Shown: positions 29,864 to 39,366 of the stretch, one piece after another
Layout of the letters: every line of letters starts with the position of its first letter
Position numbering within the stretch: the stretch's first letter is position 1
NCBI GenBank assembly: GCA_965226375.1
Contig: CBDDCX010000006.1
Span: 544,001-608,000, forward strand
Source: Longimicrobiales bacterium
GTDB lineage: Bacteria > Gemmatimonadota > Gemmatimonadetes > Longimicrobiales > Gaopeijiaceae
DNA length: 64,000 nucleotides
Direction of reading: 5' to 3'
The notes under the pieces: model-generated
The model's input: only the letters and a program-made list of their open reading frames with translations
Databases searched by the model: none
What the model was told of the DNA's origin: nothing
Translations under genes and position numbers: made by a program

Positions 29864-30844
29864 ATGGCGGTTCCGGCTTCTCAGCTCCGTGGCGGCGTGG
29901 ACTATCCCCGTACGCGGCTGGAGTTGGACGAGTTCTTCCCCGACGATGCGGCATGCCTGGAGTACGTGGAGGGTCTGCGCTGGCCGGAAGGGTTTGTGTG
30001 CGTGGGCTGTGGCGGGTTGGGAGAGGTCTGGCGAGCATCGCGGGGGCGTCTCGTCTGCCCACACTGTCGAAGGCAGACCTCGGTGCTGGCGGGAACCGTG
30101 TTCCACCGCACGCGCTCGCCCCTGCGTCTGTGGTTTCTCGCTGCCTGGGAGCTCACGAGCCAGAAATACGGAGCCAATGCTCTCGGGCTCCAGCGCGTGC
30201 TCGGACTGGGAAGCTACAAGACAGCGTGGGTCTGGCTCCACAAGCTCCGCCGGGCCATGGTCCGACCGGATCGCGACCAGCTGAGCGGCGTTGTGCAAGT
30301 GGACGAGAGCTATGTCGGGGGCGTGGAGGCTGGAGTGCGGGGCCGCGAGACGATCAAGAAGGCCATCGTCGCGATCGCCGCCGAGGTCGACGGACGCAAG
30401 ATCGGGAGAATACGGCTGCGTTGGGTGCCCGACCTCTCCGCTCCGGTTCTGCGAGGCTTCGTCAAGGATAGCATCGCACCGGCAAGCACGGTGCATACCG
30501 ACGGATGGCCAAGCTATCAGGGACTCGCCAAACTGGGCTTTCGCCACACGGTCACGAACCTCTCGACCTCCGGCGATCCCGCTCACGTGCTCATGTCGGC
30601 CGTACATCGGGTGGCGTCTCTCCTCAAGCGCTGGGTCCTCGGAACCCTCCAAGGAGGGATCGCCCGCGAACACCTCCCCTACTATCTGGACGAGTTCACC
30701 TTTCGCTTCAACCGACGCACATCCCGGGCTCGCGGCCTGTTGTTCTACCGCTTGCTTGAGCAGGCTGTTCAGTGTGCTCCCACGCCAGCTTCGGCCCTTT
30801 ACCTCGGCACCGGACGTGGGAAACGGCCCGCAGAGCCCCGGTAA
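29864..30844 (+). CDS. IS1595-family transposase, same protein as copy 1
   Basis: The ORF track gives an identical translation. Confidence 0.93.
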   Translation: MAVPASQLRGGVDYPRTRLELDEFFPDDAACLEYVEGLRWPEGFVCVGCGGLGEVWRASRGRLVCPHCRRQTSVLAGTVFHRTRSPLRLWFLAAWELTSQKYGANALGLQRVLGLGSYKTAWVWLHKLRRAMVRPDRDQLSGVVQVDESYVGGVEAGVRGRETIKKAIVAIAAEVDGRKIGRIRLRWVPDLSAPVLRGFVKDSIAPASTVHTDGWPSYQGLAKLGFRHTVTNLSTSGDPAHVLMSAVHRVASLLKRWVLGTLQGGIAREHLPYYLDEFTFRFNRRTSRARGLLFYRLLEQAVQCAPTPASALYLGTGRGKRPAEPR

Positions 30845-30860
30845 CCACTATATCTTGGGG
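30845..30860. promoter_or_regulatory. NrdR-box-like palindrome in the right IR (also at 28781-28796)
   Basis: CCACTATATCTTGGGG immediately after the transposase stop codon. Confidence 0.5.
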
Positions 30861-31465
30861 TCGGTGGACTTAAGGGAATACCCCCTTAGGGCCAAGTCCA
30901 CGATGCCGGACGCCGGAAACCAAATGGGCCACTCCCATACGTTTCGAGCGAATAGGCTGAAGGTGAGGATCATCATCAACGCGAGCCAGAACGACGGCAT
31001 CGAATAGAAGAACAGGGCCAAGACCGACGACACGTTGTCGAGGATGGAATACTGCCGGACGGCCTGGATGACTCCGAGGCAGATCCCGAGGATGAAGGCG
31101 ATCACGACGGCCGTTCCGGACAGGAGCAACGTATTCGGCAGGATCTCCTTGATGATGTCGCGGACCGGTCGGTTCTCCGAGAAGGAGTATCCCAAGTCTC
31201 CTTTCGCCAAGGCCCCCATCCACTTCACATAGCGGACGTGGACCGGACGGTCGAGACCCATGTTCACCCGGATCTGTTCGACGGTCTCGGCAGAGAGGCT
31301 GGGACTGACGTATCTGAGCGCCGGATCTCCGGGCGCCAGGTTTACGACGAAGAAGAGAATTGTGGCCACCCCGAGTACGAGCGGGATCACCCCGAGGAGT
31401 CTTCGCCCGATGTACCGGGTCACGCGGCGTGCTCCCGGGTCAACACGACCTCGGTCGACAGGACA

Positions 31466-33238
31466 CTAGCGCCCGCGGCCTCTCCGCTGATCGGCTGGGA
31501 TCCACCAATCTTTGGTGCTCTGCCACTCGCCGCGAACATCGGTAACCACGTTCTGGAGTCGCCTGTTGACCCCGTCGAGTCGATCGGCAGCGTAGGTGAA
31601 CGCGAAAGGCTGTTCATCGACCAGAAGCTCCTGATACTCCCGCCAGGCAACCTTGGCCTCTTCTCGATCGACAATCAGCGGAATCCGGTCCAGGTAGGCG
31701 TCCATGTCCGACCGCTGCGTTCCTGCGAAGCCCCACGCCGTGTTCGCGCTGACGCTGTGGAACAGGGGAGCGTCGTTCTGGACGAAGTCCATGTTGAAGC
31801 CAATGACCCACCCGTCGAAATCCCTCAACGAGGGATCGGTAACCTGCCCGATTAGGGTGGTCAGTTCGACGGACACAGGCCTAGCCTCGATGCCGACGTC
31901 GGCGAGCTGAGCCTGCATGATCTCCGCCACAGCCTGGCGTGCAGGGTCCGGGTTGAACTTGAGCTCGAGCGAGAGCGGGACGCCCCCGGGGTTCTCCCGA
32001 ACCCCGTCACCGTCACGGTCCATCCATCCGGCCTCGTCCAACAGGGCCTTCGCCGCCTCCTGATCATAGGCCATGGCCTCCGCCCCGACGGACTCGTCGT
32101 ACGCCCAGTGGTACGGAGGGAGCGTCCCGTTGGCTACACGGGCATACCCGTGGTAGATCGACTCCACCATCTCTTGGCGGTTCGTCGCCTTGGTAATGGC
32201 CTGCCGAACCCTCTTGTCTGCAAGCTTGGGCCGGCGAGTGTTCCACCCAACGAAATTGACCTGGAGGCTCGGAAAAGCCCTCACGTCCAATGCATCGGCA
32301 TCCATGATGGCCTGCAGCTGATCCGGAGTGGGAACGCTGTAGAAGTCGACGCTCTCGGTGAGCAACTCCGTAAGGAGGGTCGTCGGATCCACGATCGTCC
32401 GAAAAATGTATCGGTCGAGGAAGGGACGACCCCCCAATCCTGCGGGGAATGCGGGATTGGCTTGAAACGTCCAGCTCGCACCCTGACGATGTTGTGTAAA
32501 GATGAATGGGCCGTTTCCTACGGGGCAGACCGAGCCGTACGGGTGTTGAGCGAGCTCCGTAGACGGAACGTCTTCCAGCAGGTGCTGAGGCATGATGGTC
32601 AGCTGGCGCCACGCGCCCATGAACTCGGCGTGCGGTTGCATGTGGAACGTCACCGTGAAGGAATCGACTACCTCGACGCTTCCCGGTCCCTGCTCGTAGT
32701 ACGTGAACCAACCTGCGTTGGGAAACCCCGACTCCGGATCGAGGGAACGGTGATAGGTATAGGCCACGTCATACGCGTCCGTAAGCTCGCCGTCGTGCCA
32801 GTAGACGTCGTCGCGGATGTGGAACGTCAGCGACGTGTTGTCGTCCGAGATATCCCAGGATTCGGCCAGGTATGGGACCGGATTCAGCTCGGAGTCGTAC
32901 TGCAGCAGAGTCATCTGGTTGATGAAATTCTGATGCTCGGTGGTCTCCTGCTGTTGGGATACGTGGCCGTTCATGCCACCGCTGAGCGGACCCCTCGCAG
33001 CGGCAACTGCCGTTCCACCGTACCGATCGTCAGGTGGAATCTGCCCCTCGAACTGCCCCATGTACTGGGCGACGCAAACCATCGCCGCCTCGCAAAAAGG
33101 GATGCCGTCTCCGAGGTCCACCACGCCGGGATCCAGGCTCCAAGGCACAGCCTCGCCGACGGGGCCACCGTCTCCACCTCCGCACGCTACCGAAAGCGCC
33201 ATCGCGGCGACCAATACCGCCCACATCGACTTTCTCAT
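31466..33238 (-). CDS. oppA: Peptide ABC transporter substrate-binding lipoprotein (family 5)
   Basis: Lipobox LSVAC, PYLAESW..S.D, WHDG...A.DV, PVGNGPF, RVRQAI, and WMDRDGDGVRE. GGAGG RBS before ATG 33238. Confidence 0.9.
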   Translation of the reverse strand: MRKSMWAVLVAAMALSVACGGGDGGPVGEAVPWSLDPGVVDLGDGIPFCEAAMVCVAQYMGQFEGQIPPDDRYGGTAVAAARGPLSGGMNGHVSQQQETTEHQNFINQMTLLQYDSELNPVPYLAESWDISDDNTSLTFHIRDDVYWHDGELTDAYDVAYTYHRSLDPESGFPNAGWFTYYEQGPGSVEVVDSFTVTFHMQPHAEFMGAWRQLTIMPQHLLEDVPSTELAQHPYGSVCPVGNGPFIFTQHRQGASWTFQANPAFPAGLGGRPFLDRYIFRTIVDPTTLLTELLTESVDFYSVPTPDQLQAIMDADALDVRAFPSLQVNFVGWNTRRPKLADKRVRQAITKATNRQEMVESIYHGYARVANGTLPPYHWAYDESVGAEAMAYDQEAAKALLDEAGWMDRDGDGVRENPGGVPLSLELKFNPDPARQAVAEIMQAQLADVGIEARPVSVELTTLIGQVTDPSLRDFDGWVIGFNMDFVQNDAPLFHSVSANTAWGFAGTQRSDMDAYLDRIPLIVDREEAKVAWREYQELLVDEQPFAFTYAADRLDGVNRRLQNVVTDVRGEWQSTKDWWIPADQRRGRGR

Positions 33239-33291
33239 GTCACGCCCTCCGCTCCGGCGCCATCCGGCGGATCCCGTAGCCTCCGGGTCCG

Positions 33292-34137
33292 CTATCTGCG
33301 CCAAGTCCACCCGTCGGAAGCATAGTGGACCTCCAGGCGCCGAGTCTCCGCTCGCTCCACGTCGGTGAGGTCCGCCTGATGCCACTCTCCGCTCAATACT
33401 GCACTCAGTCCTGCCGTAACCGCCTCTACAAGAATGTCCCACGGGGGCACCACGTCCAGGATTTCCTCCAGACAAATCGGATCTGAGGCCCCGTCGACCT
33501 CACCCCGCAACACCGCAAGCTGCTCCTGGCCAACCCCCAACAAGAGAGAGCCATGCTGGAGGATCGCGCCCCCTATGCGGGCTTGGGCACTCCCCACGAG
33601 CTTTCTGCCGTCCACTGTGACCTCACCCTCCGACGGGTGCTTGAAACACGGTCCGGCAGCAGGCGAGAGTGTGCGCGCCTCAGCGGGCGCCATCGACGCG
33701 GGAACACCGAGCGTCGCCAGGGCCGTCACAAGCCCCTCATTCACCATGCGGTAGACGGCCCGAAGACTCATGTCCCGGGTGATCGGTAGCACGACACCGT
33801 AGGTGCACTCCCGGTCGTGCAGAACCGCGCGTCCACCGGTCGGCCGACGCACGAACTCGATGCCGGAGCGACGGGCGGCCTCGAGGTCGTAGCGCCCCCG
33901 GGCGGGTTCATTCCTACCGAAGGAAGCGGTCGGCCGCGCCCATCGGTAGAGGCGAAGGACGCCCTCGCCCGGACGGAGACACATTGCCAACGCATGGTCG
34001 ATGGCCATGTTCAGCGCCCCTGACGCAGGCACGTCCTTCAGGACTCGCCAACGCAGCGCACTGGTATCGGGCGCTCGCCGGTCCCGGGTCGCCCGCCGCC
34101 CCGGACCTACGACCTGGGGAACAGGGGCCATGGCCAT
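33292..34137 (-). CDS. Lipoate-protein ligase/octanoyltransferase (LplA/LipM family)
   Basis: GALNMAID, LRLYRW, VRRPTGGRAVLH, PCF, RKLVGSAQ, LQHGS. Adjacent to gcvH-gcvP. Confidence 0.88.
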   Translation of the reverse strand: MAMAPVPQVVGPGRRATRDRRAPDTSALRWRVLKDVPASGALNMAIDHALAMCLRPGEGVLRLYRWARPTASFGRNEPARGRYDLEAARRSGIEFVRRPTGGRAVLHDRECTYGVVLPITRDMSLRAVYRMVNEGLVTALATLGVPASMAPAEARTLSPAAGPCFKHPSEGEVTVDGRKLVGSAQARIGGAILQHGSLLLGVGQEQLAVLRGEVDGASDPICLEEILDVVPPWDILVEAVTAGLSAVLSGEWHQADLTDVERAETRRLEVHYASDGWTWRR

Positions 34138-34160
34138 CCCCTCAGAAGGCGGGACGGCAC

Positions 34161-34301
34161 TCAGAACTCGTACGAGCCCCTGCCCGGCTCGTGGATCTCC
34201 GTCCACGGGTTGTCGTCGAAGAACGGGTCGATGACGACGCGAGTTCCGTCATCGGTCGTGAGTGTGAACGTCGCATGACCGTGATCATCGAGTTTCGCCA
34301 T
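34161..34301 (-). pseudogene. Internally deleted UPF0173-type metal-dependent hydrolase (metallo-beta-lactamase fold)
   Basis: GGAGG RBS, then MAKLDDHGHATFTLTTDDGTRVVIDPFFDDNPWTEI joined directly to a C-terminus-like HEPGRGSYEF*. Only 46 aa, with no HxHxDH core. Confidence 0.7.
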
Positions 34302-34333
34302 TCCGGGCAAGCCTCCACCGTCGTTGAGAGTCG

Positions 34334-37261
34334 TCAGTCAGTTCCGGTGGCTCCTGTTCCAGCGGCTACTTCAGCATAGGCCTCGATAGGTGGACATGCA
34401 CACACCAGATTCCGGTCACCGTGAACGTTGTTCACCCTCCGGACGGGGGGCCAGAACTTGTAGTCTCGCGTCCATGGCGCGGGATACGCAGCTTTCTCTC
34501 GCGAGTACGAATGGTCCCACTCCGAGGCCGTGAGCATCGCTGCGGTATGGGGGGCGTTCTTGAGAACGTTGTCCTCCCGATCGGCGGCACCCGACTCCAC
34601 CTCCTGGATCTCCGAACGGATGGAGACAAGGGCATCACAGAGTCGGTCGAGCTCCACCTTCGACTCACTCTCGGTGGGCTCCACCATGATGGTGCCCGCC
34701 ACCGGAAAGGACATGGTCGGCGCGTGAAAGCCGTAGTCCATCAAGCGCTTGGCAACGTCTTCGTCGGAAATTCCGGTCGTCTTCTTGAGCGGACGGAGAT
34801 CAAGAATGAACTCATGAGCGACGCGGCCGTTCTCACCGCGGTACAACACGTCGAACTGATCTTGCAACCGGTTTGCCATGTAGTTGGCGTTCAGTATGGC
34901 CACCTCGGTGGCTCGCCGGACGCCCTCTTTTCCGAGGAGCGCGATGTAGGCCCAGGAGATCAGCAGGATCGAGCCACTCCCCCACGCCGCACCGGCGACC
35001 GGCAAGATCGCTCGTGAGCCACCAGTCTCGGTGACGGGATGTCCAGGTAGGAACGGCGACAGCTCCTCAGTCACACAGATCGGTCCCATTCCGGGTCCGC
35101 CTCCTCCGTGAGGAATCGCGAAGGTCTTGTGGAGATTGATGTGACAGACGTCTGCGCCGTAGTCGCCGGGGCGACACAGACCGACCTGAGCATTCAGGTT
35201 TGCACCGTCCAGGTAGACCCGTCCACCCCGCTCGTGCAGGATCTCGCAAATCCTGCGAATCTCCGACTCGAAGACGCCGTGCGTCGACGGATAGGTGATC
35301 ATTATGGCGGCCAGACCCTGCGCATGCTCGTCCGCCTTGGCCGTGAGGTCGTCCAGGTCGATGTTCCCGTTGTCATCGCACTGCACCACGACGACCCGCA
35401 TACCCGCCATGACGGCGCTCGCCGGGTTCGTCCCGTGGGCCGACGAGGGAATGAGGCACACGTCGCGATGTCCCTCGCCCAGACTCTCTTGCAGCGCTCG
35501 AATGACCAAGAGGCCCGTGTACTCTCCGGAGGCGCCGGAGTTAGGCTGGAGCGAGGTGGCGGCAAAACCAGAGATCTCCGCCAGCCAGCTCTCGAGATCC
35601 GAAAGCAATTCCTGATAGCCCAGAGTCTGATCGGTTGGAGCGAACGGGTGGATTCCGCCAAACGCTCTCCACGTGACCGGTACCATCTGAGTAGTGGCGT
35701 TCAGCTTCATCGTGCATGACCCCAGCGAGATCATGCTCGTATTCAAAGAGAGGTCGCGACTCTCCAGCTTGTGAATGTACCGGAGCATCTCGGTCTCGGA
35801 GCGGTAGCTGTGGAAGACCGGGTGCTCCATGAACTTCGATGTCCTCAACAGCCCGTCGGGGATGGATGAAGACGTCTCCTGGGACACAGCAGCGGCGCTC
35901 AGCTTGACTCCTCCTCCTCGAGGACCTCCGTCACTGAAGACCTTGAAGAGGTCGTCTATGTCCTCCGGAAGCGTCGTCTCATCTACCGCCACGCCCACGG
36001 TGCCGTCGCCGTAGTCACGGAGGTTCATCCTCAGCTCGCGCGCACGCCCGAGAATGTCCTCTCCCGAAACACCCGAAGGCACTACCTGGAGCGTGTCGAA
36101 GAAATGCTCGTGGACAACGCTGTGGCCGAGCTCGCGAAGGCCATGCGCCAACGTCGAAGCTAGATGGTGGATACGGCCCGCGATCCGTCGCAGTCCATCG
36201 GGACCGTGATAAACGGTGTACATGCCGGCCATGATGGCCAAGAGCACCTGAGCCGTGCAGATGTTCGAGGTCGCCTTCTCTCGACGGATGTGCTGCTCTC
36301 GGGTCTGGAGGGCCATCCGCAAAGCCGGGTTGCCGTCGGCGTCCACCGAGACGCCGATGATACGCCCCGGCATCTTCCGCTTGAATCGGTCCTGGGCAGC
36401 CAGATAGGCCGCGTGAGGTCCGCCATAGCCCATGGGCACCCCGAAGCGCTGCGTGTTCCCGACGGCAATGTCGGCCCCGAGCTCACCGGGGGGGGTGAGC
36501 ATGGTGAGCGCCATGAGATCGGCGGCCATGACAACGCCGGCTCCATACTCATGGAAGGAGTCGCAGAAAGAGCGGTAATCGTGTATCGCCCCGTCGGTCG
36601 CCGGATACTGAACCAAGCCACCGAAGATTCGGTCTCCGTGGGATTCCAGATCGTAGTTGTCGTGCGCACCGACCACGACTGTGACGCCCATCGGCGCCGC
36701 CCTCCCTTTCACCACTTCGATCGTCTGCGGATGGCAGGCCTCGGAGACGAAGAAGTGATCTCGTTTCTCGTCGCGGGTGTCTCCGAAGAGCATGGCCATG
36801 GCCTCGGCGGCCGCCGTGCTTTCATCTAGCAGTGAGGCGTTTGCGATCTCCAGTCCGGTAAGGTCGATGACCATGGTCTGGTAGTTCAGCAACGCCTCGA
36901 GGCGCCCCTGCGCGATCTCGGCCTGATAGGGTGTGTACTGCGTGTACCAACCGGGGTTCTCGAGCACGTTTCTGAGGATCACGCCCGGGACCACGGTGTC
37001 GTGATATCCCATTCCGATGAACGACCGGAAGACCTGGTTCCTGGAGCCGATCTCTTCGAGCCGGCGGAGAAGCAGATGTTCGGGGGATGCGTCCGGGAGA
37101 TCCAGATCACCTTCCAGGCGAATCGAGTCGGGAACCGTCTGGTCCATCAACTCGCCGAAGGAACCCACCCCCAGCGAAGCCAGCATCGACTTGATCTCAT
37201 GATCACGAGGGCCGATATGCCGGCTGGCGAATCGACCCTCTACATCTATATCAAGGGACAT
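34334..37261 (-). CDS. gcvP: Glycine dehydrogenase (decarboxylating), single-chain P protein
   Basis: [47 protein letters not shown]-binding NLHKTF and PHGGGGPG. Confidence 0.97.
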   Translation of the reverse strand: MSLDIDVEGRFASRHIGPRDHEIKSMLASLGVGSFGELMDQTVPDSIRLEGDLDLPDASPEHLLLRRLEEIGSRNQVFRSFIGMGYHDTVVPGVILRNVLENPGWYTQYTPYQAEIAQGRLEALLNYQTMVIDLTGLEIANASLLDESTAAAEAMAMLFGDTRDEKRDHFFVSEACHPQTIEVVKGRAAPMGVTVVVGAHDNYDLESHGDRIFGGLVQYPATDGAIHDYRSFCDSFHEYGAGVVMAADLMALTMLTPPGELGADIAVGNTQRFGVPMGYGGPHAAYLAAQDRFKRKMPGRIIGVSVDADGNPALRMALQTREQHIRREKATSNICTAQVLLAIMAGMYTVYHGPDGLRRIAGRIHHLASTLAHGLRELGHSVVHEHFFDTLQVVPSGVSGEDILGRARELRMNLRDYGDGTVGVAVDETTLPEDIDDLFKVFSDGGPRGGGVKLSAAAVSQETSSSIPDGLLRTSKFMEHPVFHSYRSETEMLRYIHKLESRDLSLNTSMISLGSCTMKLNATTQMVPVTWRAFGGIHPFAPTDQTLGYQELLSDLESWLAEISGFAATSLQPNSGASGEYTGLLVIRALQESLGEGHRDVCLIPSSAHGTNPASAVMAGMRVVVVQCDDNGNIDLDDLTAKADEHAQGLAAIMITYPSTHGVFESEIRRICEILHERGGRVYLDGANLNAQVGLCRPGDYGADVCHINLHKTFAIPHGGGGPGMGPICVTEELSPFLPGHPVTETGGSRAILPVAGAAWGSGSILLISWAYIALLGKEGVRRATEVAILNANYMANRLQDQFDVLYRGENGRVAHEFILDLRPLKKTTGISDEDVAKRLMDYGFHAPTMSFPVAGTIMVEPTESESKVELDRLCDALVSIRSEIQEVESGAADREDNVLKNAPHTAAMLTASEWDHSYSREKAAYPAPWTRDYKFWPPVRRVNNVHGDRNLVCACPPIEAYAEVAAGTGATGTD

Positions 37262-37325
37262 GTTCTTCCTCGGAAATGTCAGGCCGCGAACACCGTCGCC
37301 GCGGTAAGAAACAAGGGTAGGACCC

Positions 37326-37715
37326 CTACTCGCCAACCAGGGCCTGGTATCCGGCCGCATCCAGGAGAGCTCCCAAAGCACCCTCGTCGGCAACGCGGAG
37401 GAGGATCATCCAACCGGCCCCGTACGGATCGGTGTTTACCAGCGACGGGTCGTCGTCCAGTGCCTGGTTGATGGCGACCACATCACCCGTGAGCGGGCAG
37501 TACAGGTCACTGACGGCCTTTACGGCCTCGATGGTCCCAAAGGTAGCCATCTTTTCGAAGCTCGACCCGGCCTCCGGCAGCTCTATGAAGACGACATCCC
37601 CCAACTCCCCCTGCGCGTAATCGGTGATTCCGATCTGATAGACTCCGTCCTCACCGGTGGCCTTGAGGTACTCGTGTTCCTCCGTATATCGAAGTCCCTC
37701 GGGGATCTCGGACAT
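37326..37715 (-). CDS. gcvH: Glycine cleavage system H protein
   Basis: [19 protein letters not shown], lipoyl motif [26 protein letters not shown]. Confidence 0.96.
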   Translation of the reverse strand: MSEIPEGLRYTEEHEYLKATGEDGVYQIGITDYAQGELGDVVFIELPEAGSSFEKMATFGTIEAVKAVSDLYCPLTGDVVAINQALDDDPSLVNTDPYGAGWMILLRVADEGALGALLDAAGYQALVGE

Positions 37716-37723
37716 CGTTCCTC

Positions 37724-37774
37724 CGTGTTCAGGTGTCACGTCTTCAGGTATCACGTGTTCAGGTGTCACGTGTT
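37724..37774. repeat. 15-bp tandem repeat, about 3.4 copies, abutting the gcvH RBS
   Basis: CGTGTTCAGGTGTCA / CGTCTTCAGGTATCA / CGTGTTCAGGTGTCA / CGTGTT. Confidence 0.9.
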
Positions 37775-37999
37775 GCGTTGCCAAAGTGACCCGGCCAGTC
37801 GAGGGCACGGTGCATCCACAACACTGCGGCGGTCACAATAGGGAAGGCTTCAGAGAAGCGTCAAGGTCGAAACGACACGACAGGGTCTACCGCAAGATAC
37901 CGGCGTGTCGTCTTTGCACGCCCGACCCACACGGATAACTTTCGTAGGCTCGGTGTCGGACCAAGAACGATCACTCAGCCCGCGGGAAAGATAGAAGAT

Positions 38000-39169
38000 A
38001 TGCCCACCACGTTTGCCAGTGAAGCTCGCCCCGCCGTCACGTCCTTGACCGAAGAAGAGGGGATGTTCCGTGAGGCGGTCAGGGACTTCGCACAGTCCGC
38101 GATCGCCCCGCTGGTCTCCGAGATGGACGAAGCCCAGGAGATAGATTCTTCACTCCTCCCCATGCTATTCGAGTTGGGTCTCATGGGAATAGAGATCCCT
38201 GAGGAGTTCGGTGGCACAGATGCGAACTTCTTCACGTCCGTTCTGGTGGTGGAGGAGCTCTCCCGGATCGATCCGTCCGTCGGGACGCTGGTCGATGTTC
38301 AGAACACGCTGGTGGTCAACGCGCTCAAGCGCTGGGGTAGTGACGAGATCAGGGCTCACTACTTCCCTTTGCTGGCCACGGACATGATCGGGGCCTACGC
38401 CCTGTCCGAGGCCGGAAGCGGATCCGACGCCTTCGCCCTCACCTGCCGGGCAACCCAGGACGGTGACGATTGGGTTCTCACCGGGCAGAAGCTCTGGATT
38501 ACGAACGGGAGCGAGGCGGGGACCTACATCGTCTTCGCCACCATCGACCCCGAGGCCGGCTACAAGGGCATCACCGCCTTCATGGTCGATCGTGACGTGG
38601 AGGGATTCACGGTAGGCAAGAAGGAGGACAAGCTCGGCATCCGTGCCTCCTCGACCACCGAGATCATCCTCGAGAACGTCCGCGTTCCTGGCAACAGGGT
38701 CCTGGGCGAAATCGGCAAAGGGTACAAGGTGGCCATCGAGACCCTCAACGAGGGCCGCATCGGCATTGGTGCCCAGATGGTGGGTACGGCCCAGGGCGCC
38801 CTGGACCACACTCTTCGGTACGTCCGGGAGCGAGAACAGTTCGGCAGGCCCATCGGCAAGTTCCAGGGCGTGCAGTTCCAGCTGGCCGAAGTGGCCACCG
38901 ACCTTGAGGCTTCTCGTCTGCTGGTCTACAATGCTGCCCGGCTCAGAGACTCCGGCGAGGATTTCGTGGTGCCCGCTGCGATGGCGAAGTTGCATTCATC
39001 CAGGATGGCCCAGCGCGTAACGTCTCTGTGTATCGACCTCCACGGCGGATACGGTTTCACACGCGAGTATCCGGTTGAAAAATTCTTCCGGGACTCCAAG
39101 ATCGGCACGATCTACGAAGGGACTACGAACATGCAGCTCCAGACCATCGCCAAGGCTCTGCTCCAGTGA
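38000..39169 (+). CDS. Short/branched-chain acyl-CoA dehydrogenase
   Basis: YALSEAGSGSD, KLWITNG, KLGIRASST, LNEGRIGI, REQFG, IYEGTTNMQ. Confidence 0.93.
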   Translation: MPTTFASEARPAVTSLTEEEGMFREAVRDFAQSAIAPLVSEMDEAQEIDSSLLPMLFELGLMGIEIPEEFGGTDANFFTSVLVVEELSRIDPSVGTLVDVQNTLVVNALKRWGSDEIRAHYFPLLATDMIGAYALSEAGSGSDAFALTCRATQDGDDWVLTGQKLWITNGSEAGTYIVFATIDPEAGYKGITAFMVDRDVEGFTVGKKEDKLGIRASSTTEIILENVRVPGNRVLGEIGKGYKVAIETLNEGRIGIGAQMVGTAQGALDHTLRYVREREQFGRPIGKFQGVQFQLAEVATDLEASRLLVYNAARLRDSGEDFVVPAAMAKLHSSRMAQRVTSLCIDLHGGYGFTREYPVEKFFRDSKIGTIYEGTTNMQLQTIAKALLQ

Positions 39170-39360
39170 TCCCGGGTCTCGGTATCTGGGAGCTGGTCCT
39201 CATCTTCCTTGTCGTGATGGTCTTCTTCGGAGCCAAGCGCATCCCGGTCATAGGGCGTGGCCTGGGTGAGGGGATCCGGAACTTCAAGGGGGCGCTCCGT
39301 AAGGAGGACAAGCCCGACGATCGCACCCTGGAAGAACCCAGGGATAACGACGGCTCATAG
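39166..39360 (+). CDS. tatA: Twin-arginine translocase TatA/TatE subunit
   Basis: LGIWELVLI...FFGAKRIP..GRGLGEGIRNFK. Confidence 0.92.
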   Translation: MIPGLGIWELVLIFLVVMVFFGAKRIPVIGRGLGEGIRNFKGALRKEDKPDDRTLEEPRDNDGS

Positions 39361-39366
39361 AGGGCG

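Larger units (their letters stand above)
27757..30888 (+). mobile_element. IS1595-bounded composite insertion (3132 bp) with captured gene fragments
   Basis: Flanked by a GGGCCAA duplication (27750-27756 and 30889-30895). The outer IRs are intact. The interior holds directly repeated IS copies and foreign fragments. Confidence 0.75.
29821..30888 (+). mobile_element. IS1595-family element, copy 2 (complete, about 1068 bp)
   Basis: About 41-bp imperfect IRs: GGGGTATTGCCTTAAGTCCACCGCCCACTACATGTTGTGGT and GGGGTATTCCCTTAAGTCCACCGACCCCAAGATATAGTGGT. The exact termini are uncertain by 1-4 nt. Confidence 0.92.
27295..31423 (-). pseudogene. oppB: Oligopeptide ABC permease (OppB-like) split by the IS1595 composite
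   Basis: N-terminal part 30889-31423 (LAPGDP, GDLGYS, SMPSFW...SGIVDLA) and C-terminal part 27295-27756 (QYPFM...RTARAKGL..KHALRN...RDYP). Removing 27757-30888 and one TSD restores SGIVDLAQYPFM. Confidence 0.93.

Noticed and set aside
27757..30888. Repeated GTATTGCCTTAAGTCCACC motifs as a CRISPR array
   Set aside because: The repeats are IS ends spaced about 1 kb apart and continue into transposase sequence. There are no short spacers and no cas genes.
37716..37999. Glycine riboswitch upstream of gcvH
   Set aside because: I could not find the GGAGA, GCCGAAG and CUCUCAGG elements on the minus strand. A covariance-model search would settle it.
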